A DNA stretch of 24,000 nt from Nitrososphaerota archaeon (GCA_038874475.1 JAVZCJ010000004.1:48127-72126); one strand, 5' to 3'. Shown: positions 9,725 through 18,444, numbered from the stretch's first letter. Notes: a model not told the origin generated them from the sequence alone. Made by a program: numbers and translations.

Positions 9725-10066
9725 TTATGATCTCCACTCCTTAATTAATTTTTCATACCATGTATCTTCTTCTATTATTTCTTCGTATAGATTATTTTTT
9801 AAAGCTATTTTAACTGCTAAAATATGATAGCAAAAATCATATTTTTTATCTAAAACATGAAAGAAAAAATCATTACATGAACAAAAATTAACTTCTGGTA
9901 AAACAAGATAATCTCGCGTATATCCAACTACTATCCAAAAACTAATATTACTAGGCTTAAAAATATATTTCTTTACTCTTTTCTCTTTAACACATTTAAT
10001 TGCTTCAATATATTTTTCTTCATACTTTTTCTTTAATTCTTCTGGGGCGCTTCTTTCTTCCTCCAT
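9725..10066 (-). CDS. SWIM zinc-finger domain protein
   Basis: CSCNDFFFHVLDKKYDFCYHILAVKIA matches the CxCxnCxH SWIM pattern; 113 aa. Confidence 0.78.
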   Translation of the reverse strand: MEEERSAPEELKKKYEEKYIEAIKCVKEKRVKKYIFKPSNISFWIVVGYTRDYLVLPEVNFCSCNDFFFHVLDKKYDFCYHILAVKIALKNNLYEEIIEEDTWYEKLIKEWRS

Positions 10067-10113
10067 TTTCTCAAATATTTAATAATAATCATAAATATAA
10101 AATATTATAAAGA

Positions 10114-10917
10114 GTGATGTTAAAAATAGTAGAAAATGAACCAGCTGCAATATTATCTATAAATAATAGAAAAATACTTTTAGTAGCAGATTTGCATATA
10201 GGATTTGAATACGAATTATATGAATTAGGAATTAGAATTCCCCCTCAATCAAAAATAATTTCACAAAATTTTTTAAAACTTATAGAAAAAACTTCTCCTA
10301 ATGAAATATTTATTTTAGGAGATTTGAAACATAATATCCCTAAAGCATCTAAATTTGAATGGAAAATCCTTCCAGAATTAATTGAATCGATAAATGAAAA
10401 AGTTGATAGAATAAATTTAATAATTGGAAATCATGATGGTACTATTAAAAAACTTATCCCATCAAAAATATTTTTTTATTCAAGCCAAGGAATATTAATA
10501 GGGAATAATGAAAAAATTGGTTTAATACATGGTCATGCATGGCCATCTAGAAAAATATTGCTTGAGGCTGATACTATAATTCTTGCTCATATTCATCCAA
10601 CAATACAACTTAAAACATCATTTGGTTTTTCTTTTAGACAAAAAGCTTGGATAAAAATAGTTTTAAAAAGAGAAAAAATTTTAAAAAAGTTAATGATAAA
10701 AAATAAAAAGGAAATTAAAAAACCATTAATTAAAATGATAATTTTACCTGCTTTTAATGATTTCCTTTCAGGGACTCCAATTAATGTTGCTCAAAAAAAT
10801 GAATATGTTAGTCCATTATTAAGAATTAATGAAAAAATTATGAATGATGGTGAAATTTTCCTTTTAGATGGAACATTTTTAGGAAAAATAAAAAATCTTA
10901 AAAAAATGATTATTTAA
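10114..10917 (+). CDS. Metallophosphoesterase (archaeal YfcE/SbcD-like calcineurin fold)
   Basis: LLVADLHIGFE, ILGDLKHN, LIIGNHDG, GLIHGHAWPS, ILAHIHP metal-binding motifs. Confidence 0.88.
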   Translation: MMLKIVENEPAAILSINNRKILLVADLHIGFEYELYELGIRIPPQSKIISQNFLKLIEKTSPNEIFILGDLKHNIPKASKFEWKILPELIESINEKVDRINLIIGNHDGTIKKLIPSKIFFYSSQGILIGNNEKIGLIHGHAWPSRKILLEADTIILAHIHPTIQLKTSFGFSFRQKAWIKIVLKREKILKKLMIKNKKEIKKPLIKMIILPAFNDFLSGTPINVAQKNEYVSPLLRINEKIMNDGEIFLLDGTFLGKIKNLKKMII

Positions 10918-10921
10918 AATA

Positions 10922-10997
10922 TGGGGTCGGCGAGATTCGAACTCGCGATCTCCTGGTTCCGAGCCAGGTATCTTAAACCATGCTAGACCACGACCCC
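10922..10997 (-). tRNA. tRNA-Pro(CGG)
   Basis: Reverse complement GGGGTCG-TG-GTCT-AGCATGGTTTA-AGAT-A-CCTGG-CTCGGAA-CCAGG-AGATC-GCGAG-TTCGAAT-CTCGC-CGACCCC-A. All four arms pair; anticodon CGG. Confidence 0.9.
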
Positions 10998-11035
10998 ATA
11001 TTGTGTATAGTAATACTTAAATAAACTAAAAATAT

Positions 11036-11047
11036 ATTTTTAAATAT
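11036..11047 (+). promoter_or_regulatory. Putative TATA box of the wHTH/ATP-cone/NrdD-like gene
   Basis: tttttaaata(ta) about 25 nt upstream of the palindrome and 60-80 nt upstream of the probable start. Confidence 0.4.
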
Positions 11048-11055
11048 AAAAGTTT

Positions 11056-11067
11056 AAACAATTGTTT
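11056..11067. promoter_or_regulatory. Perfect 12-bp palindrome AAACAATTGTTT, candidate operator
   Basis: Self-complementary sequence at the predicted transcription start just downstream of the TATA-like element. Confidence 0.35.
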
Positions 11068-11116
11068 GTTGTTAAATAATTTATCTTTTAAGTGGCAAAT
11101 ATAGGAGGGATAAAAG

Positions 11117-13111
11117 ATAAAAGACTTTAGATTAGAAAAAATTGAAAAATCACAATTTTTAACAAATATTTTAGATGCTTTATCTTCACCTGCAAGATTA
11201 AAAATTGTTAAATCTTTAAGAAATCAAAATTTAAGTTATACAGATTTAATGAAAGCTATTGGTTTATCTAAAGGCCAGGATGCTGGAAAATTTTCCTATC
11301 ACTTAAAAAAATTATTGAAAACAGGGATAATTACTATTGATAATGAAACAAAATTGTATGCTATAACTCGTTTGGGAGATACATTATTAAAAATTTTAGA
11401 AGAAATGGAAGAAATAGATACTACTCATTTATACGTAAGAAAATCTCAATTTGTAATAGAAGTTTATGATAAAAATAAAATTATAAATGCTTTAGTAAAA
11501 GAAGCTGGTGCTCCAGTATCTTTAGCAAAACAAGTAGCTGATGTAATAGATGAAAAAATTAAAAATTTAAAAATAGAATATCTTACAGCACCACTCATTA
11601 GAGAAATTGCAAATGCTGTATTAATAGATTTAGGACATGAAAAATATCGTCATAAATTAACTAGAGTTGGTTTACCATTATATGATATTTCAAAATTAAT
11701 AAATTCAATATCAATGAATGAAATTCATAATATAATAAAGGATACTTCTGGAGCAGTTTTAAGAGAATATACTTTATTAGAAATTCTTCCAAGAAATGTG
11801 GCTGATGCGCATTTAGCAGGAAAAATAAATATTGATAATTTAGATTTTTGGCTAGTAAAACCATATAGAGTATTTTATTCTTCTAATTTATTAAATAAAT
11901 TTATTAATGAAAATGATGAGATTTTAATTGAAAAATTTTTATTTTATATTAATGAAGAAGCTGAAAAAATTGATTATGAACAATCTATAAATAATTTTTC
12001 ATCATTTTTATTAAATTTAAATAAAAATTCAGGAGAATATAATTTTAAAAAGAATCTTTATAAAATATTTTATTTCCTTTTATCTCAAAGAAAAAAAGAA
12101 AATCCTAAATTATTCATTTCTTTAACAGACCAAAATCTTTATGAAAAAATAGATTTTTTCAAAGAAATAATGGAAACAATTAAAAAAATAAATAATGAAT
12201 TTTTAGATAAAATAAATCTTATAGATAAATGTAGATTTATGATTCCATTTGAAGAAATAAAAATAGAAGATGGAATAGAAAATATTCATTTGATAGATTT
12301 TCTTATTAGAAAAAATGAAAGAAAAGCACTTTATGGTGGAGGAGGCCTTACAATATATTCTGGTGAAAAAGTGTATGGGTCATTTACAATAAATATTCCA
12401 AGAATATTTTATGAAAGTAAAGGGAATGAGGAAAAATTTCATAGTGAAGTTGAAGAAGTTTTTAAAACATGCTATAAAGGATTTTTAAGTTTAGCTAAAT
12501 TATTAATCGATAAAGGTATAAAAGAAAAAATTAATTTTTCTATATCTTTAGTAGGAGTTTATGAAACAATAAAAGCATTAACAAATGGAAATCCTGCTGA
12601 AAATAAAGATTCATTAAATTATCTTATTAAGTTTTTTAGATGGATTGATACTTTTACACGTAAAAATTCTTCAAAAAATATAGAAATTCTTCTTTCATCA
12701 TCTTCTTCTATAGGAATAATGAAAAGATTTATTTTAAATGATATCCAACAATACGGTATTAAGAAAGTTAGTCAAATTGCTTATAAAGAAGAAAATTTAG
12801 CATATTCGAATTTTATTATACCTGCTGAAGAAGAAATCGATATAGAAAAAAGATTAGAAATGGAAGCTGTGCTTCATACTTATTTAAGAGGAGGACATTA
12901 TACAATTATTCCAGTAAATGATGTAGAAATTATACATAGATTTTTTGAAAGGAAAAATCTATTTTCAAGTTTAGAAACAATTAGTTTTGGTCACAATCTA
13001 TTCTTTTGTGAGAAATGTAAGCATTATAGTTTTTCTAGCAAATGCCAGTCATGCGATTCTGAGAAACAATTGAAATATATTAAAGATGGATCATATTTTT
13101 CATCTTCTTGA
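11117..13111 (+). CDS. ArsR-like winged helix + ATP-cone + degenerate NrdD-like protein (likely regulator); start probably ATA at 11117, first ATG at 11249
   Basis: The open frame extends upstream of the ATG and encodes KDFRLEKIEKSQFLTNILDALSSPARLKIVKSLRNQNLSYTDLMKAIGLSKGQDAGKFSYHLKKL (ArsR-type wHTH). Next comes the ATP-cone-like YVRKSQFVIEVYDKNKIINALVKEAGAPVSLAKQVADVIDE, then NrdD-like YGSFTINIPRIFYESKGNEEKF and SLVGVYETIKALTNG, then a CEKC..CQSC zinc knuckle. GGAGG at 11104-11108. Confidence 0.75.
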   Translation: MKDFRLEKIEKSQFLTNILDALSSPARLKIVKSLRNQNLSYTDLMKAIGLSKGQDAGKFSYHLKKLLKTGIITIDNETKLYAITRLGDTLLKILEEMEEIDTTHLYVRKSQFVIEVYDKNKIINALVKEAGAPVSLAKQVADVIDEKIKNLKIEYLTAPLIREIANAVLIDLGHEKYRHKLTRVGLPLYDISKLINSISMNEIHNIIKDTSGAVLREYTLLEILPRNVADAHLAGKINIDNLDFWLVKPYRVFYSSNLLNKFINENDEILIEKFLFYINEEAEKIDYEQSINNFSSFLLNLNKNSGEYNFKKNLYKIFYFLLSQRKKENPKLFISLTDQNLYEKIDFFKEIMETIKKINNEFLDKINLIDKCRFMIPFEEIKIEDGIENIHLIDFLIRKNERKALYGGGGLTIYSGEKVYGSFTINIPRIFYESKGNEEKFHSEVEEVFKTCYKGFLSLAKLLIDKGIKEKINFSISLVGVYETIKALTNGNPAENKDSLNYLIKFFRWIDTFTRKNSSKNIEILLSSSSSIGIMKRFILNDIQQYGIKKVSQIAYKEENLAYSNFIIPAEEEIDIEKRLEMEAVLHTYLRGGHYTIIPVNDVEIIHRFFERKNLFSSLETISFGHNLFFCEKCKHYSFSSKCQSCDSEKQLKYIKDGSYFSSS

Positions 13112-13477
13112 TTTTAAAAGTAAAATTGCTTTTGCTAAATCTCCATTAGTTTCTTGTAAAGCCTTTTTTGCTTCTTCCATAGAAACATTTGCTTGTTGAG
13201 CTACTAATATTACATCGTCTTCTTTAATTTCTAAAGCTATTTCTTCTTTTTCTTCTAAAGGAATTTCAGTTTTTTCTTCAAAAATTTCTCCTCCAACTAT
13301 TTGAAATACTTGTTCACCTTCTAATTTAAGAGATGTAACTGAAGGAGATTTTACAATTATTTTTTTATCATTAAAATTTATTATAACTTCATTAGCTATA
13401 CCATAATTTTTTAAATCTAATCCTTGAAGCATTTTTGATTGCAATCTTCTTAATTCTCTAGGAGACAATTTTTTCAT
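13100..13477 (-). CDS. nac: Nascent polypeptide-associated complex (NAC) protein with C-terminal UBA domain
   Basis: NAC core IIVKSPSVTSLKLEGEQVFQIVGG and UBA VAQQANVSMEEAKKALQETNGDLAKAILLL-like tail. Confidence 0.92.
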   Translation of the reverse strand: MKKLSPRELRRLQSKMLQGLDLKNYGIANEVIINFNDKKIIVKSPSVTSLKLEGEQVFQIVGGEIFEEKTEIPLEEKEEIALEIKEDDVILVAQQANVSMEEAKKALQETNGDLAKAILLLKSRR

Positions 13478-13554
13478 AAATATTAACTCCCTCTTTTTCT
13501 TTGAATAAATATATAAATAAAAAAATTGATACTTATACTTAACTCTTTACTTTT

Positions 13555-14718
<1,164 letters not shown>

Positions 14719-14848
14719 TATTATCCACTTTTTTATTTTTAATTAATCCCTCCATACTTTCTTTATAAAATAATTAAAACTTAAATAATTAATTTTTTCT
14801 AAACATTAATATTGAAAGTTTAAATATTAATAATTATAAAGAAAAATA

Positions 14849-15235
14849 GTGTTAGCAAATAAGGAAAAGAAGCAGAAAAAGAAAAAAGAGCATTTACTAA
14901 TAGGTGAAGATTTAGACCTTGTAGAAAATTATGGAGAAATAATTCGTAATGCAAGGATAAAAATGGGAATTTCTCAAGAAGAATTAGCAAAACAAATTTC
15001 AGAAAAACTTACAATAATAAAAAAAATTGAACAAGGAACATTTAAACCACCAATTGAATTGGCTAGAAAACTTGAGAAATTTTTAAAAATAAAAATTATC
15101 GAAAAAGTAGAAACTTTTCATCCTTCTACTCTAAAACCATATGTTCAATCTTCACATCCAACTAGTGTCCCTCTCGGATATTTAATTAAGAAAATAGAGG
15201 AGGAAAAAAATAGTGAAAGTAGCAATAGTGCATAG
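14849..15235 (+). CDS. MBF1-like helix-turn-helix protein without the usual N-terminal zinc ribbon
   Basis: LVENYGEIIRNARIKMGISQEELAKQISEKLTIIKKIEQGTFKPPIELARKLEKFLKIKI matches the archaeal MBF1 HTH. GTG start with an in-frame stop just upstream. Confidence 0.8.
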   Translation: MLANKEKKQKKKKEHLLIGEDLDLVENYGEIIRNARIKMGISQEELAKQISEKLTIIKKIEQGTFKPPIELARKLEKFLKIKIIEKVETFHPSTLKPYVQSSHPTSVPLGYLIKKIEEEKNSESSNSA

Positions 15236-16466
15236 AAGAGAGAAAGGAGAAGAATCAAATTTAGCTGAATTAAAAGAATTATGTAAAACAGCAGGTTATC
15301 AAGTAGTATATGAATTAACTCAAGTTAGAGAATCTCATCCAAAATATGATATTGGTCCTGGAAAAATTAAAATTTTAAAAGATGCTATAAAAAGATTTGG
15401 AATAGAAAAAGTAATTTTTGAAAATGATATTAAACCAGTTCAAGAATACAATTTGGCTAAGGTTCTTCAAGTTCCTATTATAAGTCGTATAAGACTTATA
15501 CTTGAAATATTTTCTAAACATGCTTCCTCAATTGAAGCTAAACTTCAAATAAAACTTGCAGAATTAATGTATGAATTACCAAGAGTAAAAGAAAAAGTTA
15601 GATTGGCTAAAAAAGGTGAGCAGCCTGGTTTTCATGGATTAGGAATGTATGATGCTGAAGTTTATTATCTTCATATTAAAAGAAGAATAGCTACAATTAA
15701 TAAAAAACTTGAAGTTATAAGAAAAAGGAGAATAAGATTAAGAGAAGGAAGGAAAATTAATGGAATACCACTTATAACAATAACAGGATATACCAACGCA
15801 GGAAAATCTACACTTTTTAAAGCTTTAACTAAAAGTGAAGTAAAAATTAGTCCTTTGCTTTTTACTACACTTTCACCTAAAACTAAAATGATAAAAATTG
15901 ATGGTAAACCAGTGTTTATTTCAGATACTATTGGTTTTATAAAAAATTTGCCTACATTATTAATTGAGGCTTTTCATTCAACATTAGAAGAAATATCCTA
16001 TTCAGATTTAATAATTTTAATTGTTGATGTTTCAGAAAGTATAGAAGAAATATTAAATAAAATATATTGTTCACTTTCGATTTTAAGAGAAATAAATGTT
16101 TTTGAAATTCCAATATTAGTAGTATTAAATAAAATAGATAAAATTTCTATAGAAGAATTAAGAGAGAAAGAAGAAAAATTATCAAATTTAAATTTACCTT
16201 ATGTAGCTATTTCAGCTCTTGAAAAAATAAATATTGAAGATTTAATTAATAAATTATCATTAATGCTTTCAAACAATTATGTAAAAATTCATGCAGTCTT
16301 GGAAAGTTTAAAAGAAAATTTCTCAATTTTATCAAATATTCTTAAATATAGTAAAATAATATCCTTTTCAAATAATGAAAAAGGTATAGAAGTAGAATTA
16401 GAAACATTACCTTTTTTTGCAGAAAAGCTTAGGTCTATGGCTACATCATATAATGTTAAATCTTAA
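15213..16466 (+). CDS. hflX: GTPase HflX
   Basis: YDIGPGKIKILKDAI N-domain, G1 GYTNAGKSTLF, G3 DTIGFI, G4 NKID. Confidence 0.93.
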   Translation: MKVAIVHRREKGEESNLAELKELCKTAGYQVVYELTQVRESHPKYDIGPGKIKILKDAIKRFGIEKVIFENDIKPVQEYNLAKVLQVPIISRIRLILEIFSKHASSIEAKLQIKLAELMYELPRVKEKVRLAKKGEQPGFHGLGMYDAEVYYLHIKRRIATINKKLEVIRKRRIRLREGRKINGIPLITITGYTNAGKSTLFKALTKSEVKISPLLFTTLSPKTKMIKIDGKPVFISDTIGFIKNLPTLLIEAFHSTLEEISYSDLIILIVDVSESIEEILNKIYCSLSILREINVFEIPILVVLNKIDKISIEELREKEEKLSNLNLPYVAISALEKINIEDLINKLSLMLSNNYVKIHAVLESLKENFSILSNILKYSKIISFSNNEKGIEVELETLPFFAEKLRSMATSYNVKS

Positions 16467-16582
16467 AAATTTTTAATATTTTCCTCTTTTTCATTTATAA
16501 ATATGAAAAGTAAATATTCTCCCTAAATTTTAACTTATTATATAAATTGTTGTAAAAAAGGAATATGGAAAGGTGATAGTTT

Positions 16583-17104
16583 CTGCTCATTATTATAGAT
16601 GAGCCTACTGCTATAAAAACTATTGAATTAGCAGCAGGTAAAGGAGCTGTTGAAATTGTTAAATTATTAATGAAAAAACCATGGTTAACAGATGAAGAAA
16701 TAGCAAACATTCTTAAAATTGATATTAAAGAAGTTAGGAAGTTATTGCATAGATTACACGAATTATCATTAATATCATATGATGTTGCTAGGGATGTTAA
16801 GCTTGGTAGAAGAGTATTTAAATGGAATGTACAAACAAGCCAAATGATTGGATTTATTAAAGTTGCTCTTCAAAAAACTTTAGAAAGATTACGTTTAAAA
16901 CTTGAATATGAGCAATCTCATCAATTTTATTATTGTGGAACTCCTGGATGTAGAAAATATACATTTGAAGAAAGTGTGAATAAATTGTTTAAATGTCCAA
17001 ATTGTGGAAAAATATTAGAATTGTATGATAATAGTAAAATAATAGAAGCTATAAAAGAAAAAATTTCACAAATAGAAAAAGAATTAGTTGAAGAACCAGG
17101 TTAA
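16583..17104 (+). CDS. tfe: Transcription initiation factor E alpha subunit (TFE); 5' end uncertain, candidate non-ATG starts between 16583 and 16595
   Basis: The frame upstream of the tracked ATG (16670) encodes IIIDEPTAIKTIELAAGKGAVEIVKLL, continuous with KKPWLTDEEIANILKIDIKEVRKLLHRLHELSLIS. Zinc ribbon CGTPGCRKYTF...FKCPNCGK. Confidence 0.88.
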   Translation: MLIIIDEPTAIKTIELAAGKGAVEIVKLLMKKPWLTDEEIANILKIDIKEVRKLLHRLHELSLISYDVARDVKLGRRVFKWNVQTSQMIGFIKVALQKTLERLRLKLEYEQSHQFYYCGTPGCRKYTFEESVNKLFKCPNCGKILELYDNSKIIEAIKEKISQIEKELVEEPG

Positions 17105-17106
17105 AA

Positions 17107-17844
17107 ATGGAAATAGTATTATCGGAAAGAACAAATAGGAAAGATAAATATGAAGTTTTAAAAAAATTAATGGAAGAAATTAAAGAAAAATATTCAAAAA
17201 CAGATGTTGAAATAAAAAATATGTTTTTTAATGAAGATGGATGGCTAATAATAGATGTAAGTGAAGAAAAATTTTTCATAAATACTATAAATAAATTAAC
17301 TATTTTTCCTCTTACAGTTTTTAATAAACAATTTCTAATAACTGGGAAAATAGAAAATGTTAAAAATGATCATATAAGAATAATTTTTCCAAATGAGAAA
17401 GGAGAGACTTCCATATTAGATATTAAAATAAAAAATTTAATAAGAAAAATTGGTATTTCTAAAATAGATTTTAATAATTCTTTGAAAGAAATGCTTCATA
17501 TAAAAAAATTATCACCTATCCATGTTTATCTAGGAAGAGAGAAAAATATATCGTATTATCATGCAAATATGATTAATGAATGGTATAAGAAAGGGCTTAG
17601 TGCAGTAAATGTAAATGATGTAACAATGACAGAACTGAAAAATGTTATTTCTGAAAGAAATCTTGATAAAGTTATAATTAAAATTTATCCATTAACAATA
17701 TTATCATATAGATTAGTTTTAAGAATAGGAGCTACACCAGAAGTAGTAGAAAATGAAATAAAGAAAAGCTTTGAAGAAATTGGAATAGATATTGTTACAT
17801 CAAGCTTTAATTGGAGAAAGGCAATTTCAATTTTTTCTTATTAA
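17107..17844 (+). CDS. DUF2110 family archaeal protein
   Basis: 245 aa directly downstream of TFE. Sequence and context resemble the conserved archaeal DUF2110 family. Confidence 0.65.
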   Translation: MEIVLSERTNRKDKYEVLKKLMEEIKEKYSKTDVEIKNMFFNEDGWLIIDVSEEKFFINTINKLTIFPLTVFNKQFLITGKIENVKNDHIRIIFPNEKGETSILDIKIKNLIRKIGISKIDFNNSLKEMLHIKKLSPIHVYLGREKNISYYHANMINEWYKKGLSAVNVNDVTMTELKNVISERNLDKVIIKIYPLTILSYRLVLRIGATPEVVENEIKKSFEEIGIDIVTSSFNWRKAISIFSY

Positions 17845-17938
17845 AACTAAATTTTATAATAGATTTTAGATTTAAAAATTTATATACTTTCTTTTAAAGC
17901 ATAAAAAAGTGGGGCCGGTCGTCTAGCCTGGTTGGGAT

Positions 17939-17953
17939 AAAAGTTTTCCCAAA
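17939..17953 (+). other. Predicted tRNA intron 1 (15 nt, position 25/26)
   Basis: Insertion between the D stem and anticodon stem. TTGGG (17932-17936) can pair with CCCAA (17948-17952), and TGG/CCA can form outside it. Cutting AT|A and AA|A restores a standard tRNA. Confidence 0.6.
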
Positions 17954-17971
17954 ACCACCCTGACGCGGTGG

Positions 17972-17989
17972 TTTTTAACCGTGGAATGG
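17972..17989 (+). other. Predicted tRNA intron 2 (18 nt, anticodon stem/variable-region junction; boundary ambiguous by up to 3 nt)
   Basis: 18 extra nt after the GGTGG stem. A TGG repeat at both borders (17969-17971, 17987-17989) makes the exact cut undecidable from sequence. Confidence 0.55.
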
Positions 17990-18144
17990 GGGTCGCCGGT
18001 TCAAATCCGGCCCGGCCCACTTTTTAATGGAATATGTGGCGTTACACCTGCCCATAATCTAGTTAGCTTAACTCAAGTTAAAGTTGCTTTTTATGTGTAA
18101 AGTAAAAAGTGGTAAATGTGCGAAGATAATATACACTGTTGGGA

Positions 18145-18444
18145 TCAAATGCATCTTTTAATCATCACAACAGATAGCAATATCAATATGAGACTGTAGG
18201 TTAAGAAAAGTAGCAAAATCTTATCTGATAATAAAGATAACTCGTTTAGCCATTCATTCATAATCTTAACACCTTCGTAAACCGTCATGTTCGAGCCAGC
18301 TACACCCCATATAGCGTTCCCTATCATATGTCGAACAATGGAAGTTGTAACAGCTTTAAGTCCAAAAAGATAGAGCGATCCTAATACACCCAGAATACCC
18401 AATATCAAAACTACAAAGCTAAGTAAGCGATACGATCTGGACAC
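18145..18444 (-). CDS. Hypothetical membrane protein, atypical composition
   Basis: 99 aa with 2-3 hydrophobic segments. Codons such as TCG, CGC, CGA and AAC are more frequent than in neighbours. Confidence 0.4.
   Translation of the reverse strand: MSRSYRLLSFVVLILGILGVLGSLYLFGLKAVTTSIVRHMIGNAIWGVAGSNMTVYEGVKIMNEWLNELSLLSDKILLLFLTYSLILILLSVVMIKRCI

Larger units (their letters stand above)
17912..18019 (+). tRNA. tRNA-Val(GAC) with two non-canonical short introns
   Basis: GGGCCGG-TC-GTCT-AGCCTGGTTG-GGAT-[15 nt]-A-CCACC-CTGACGC-GGTGG-[18 nt]-GGGTC-GCCGG-TTCAAAT-CCGGC-CCGGCCC-A. Removing 33 nt gives a regular 75-nt tRNA. Confidence 0.85.

Noticed and set aside
13100-13111. Possible frameshift at the 3' end of the NrdD-like gene hiding a glycyl-radical tail
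   Set aside because: The downstream sequence is the C-terminal UBA-coding part of nac on the opposite strand. I see no room for an RVxGY tail there, though read-level confirmation would be useful.
16495-16710. Minus-strand 71-aa ORF over the TFE 5' end
   Set aside because: The plus strand carries the conserved TFE N-terminal helix here, so the minus ORF is a shadow.
17049-17279. Minus-strand 76-aa ORF across the TFE/DUF2110 junction
   Set aside because: Phe/Ser-rich complement of lysine-rich coding sequence, with no support.
17954-17976. AAAACCACC-CTGACGC-GGTGGTTTT hairpin considered as a transcription terminator or stand-alone regulatory hairpin
   Set aside because: It is the anticodon arm of tRNA-Val(GAC) extended by intron bases; the flanking acceptor, D and T arms prove the tRNA reading.
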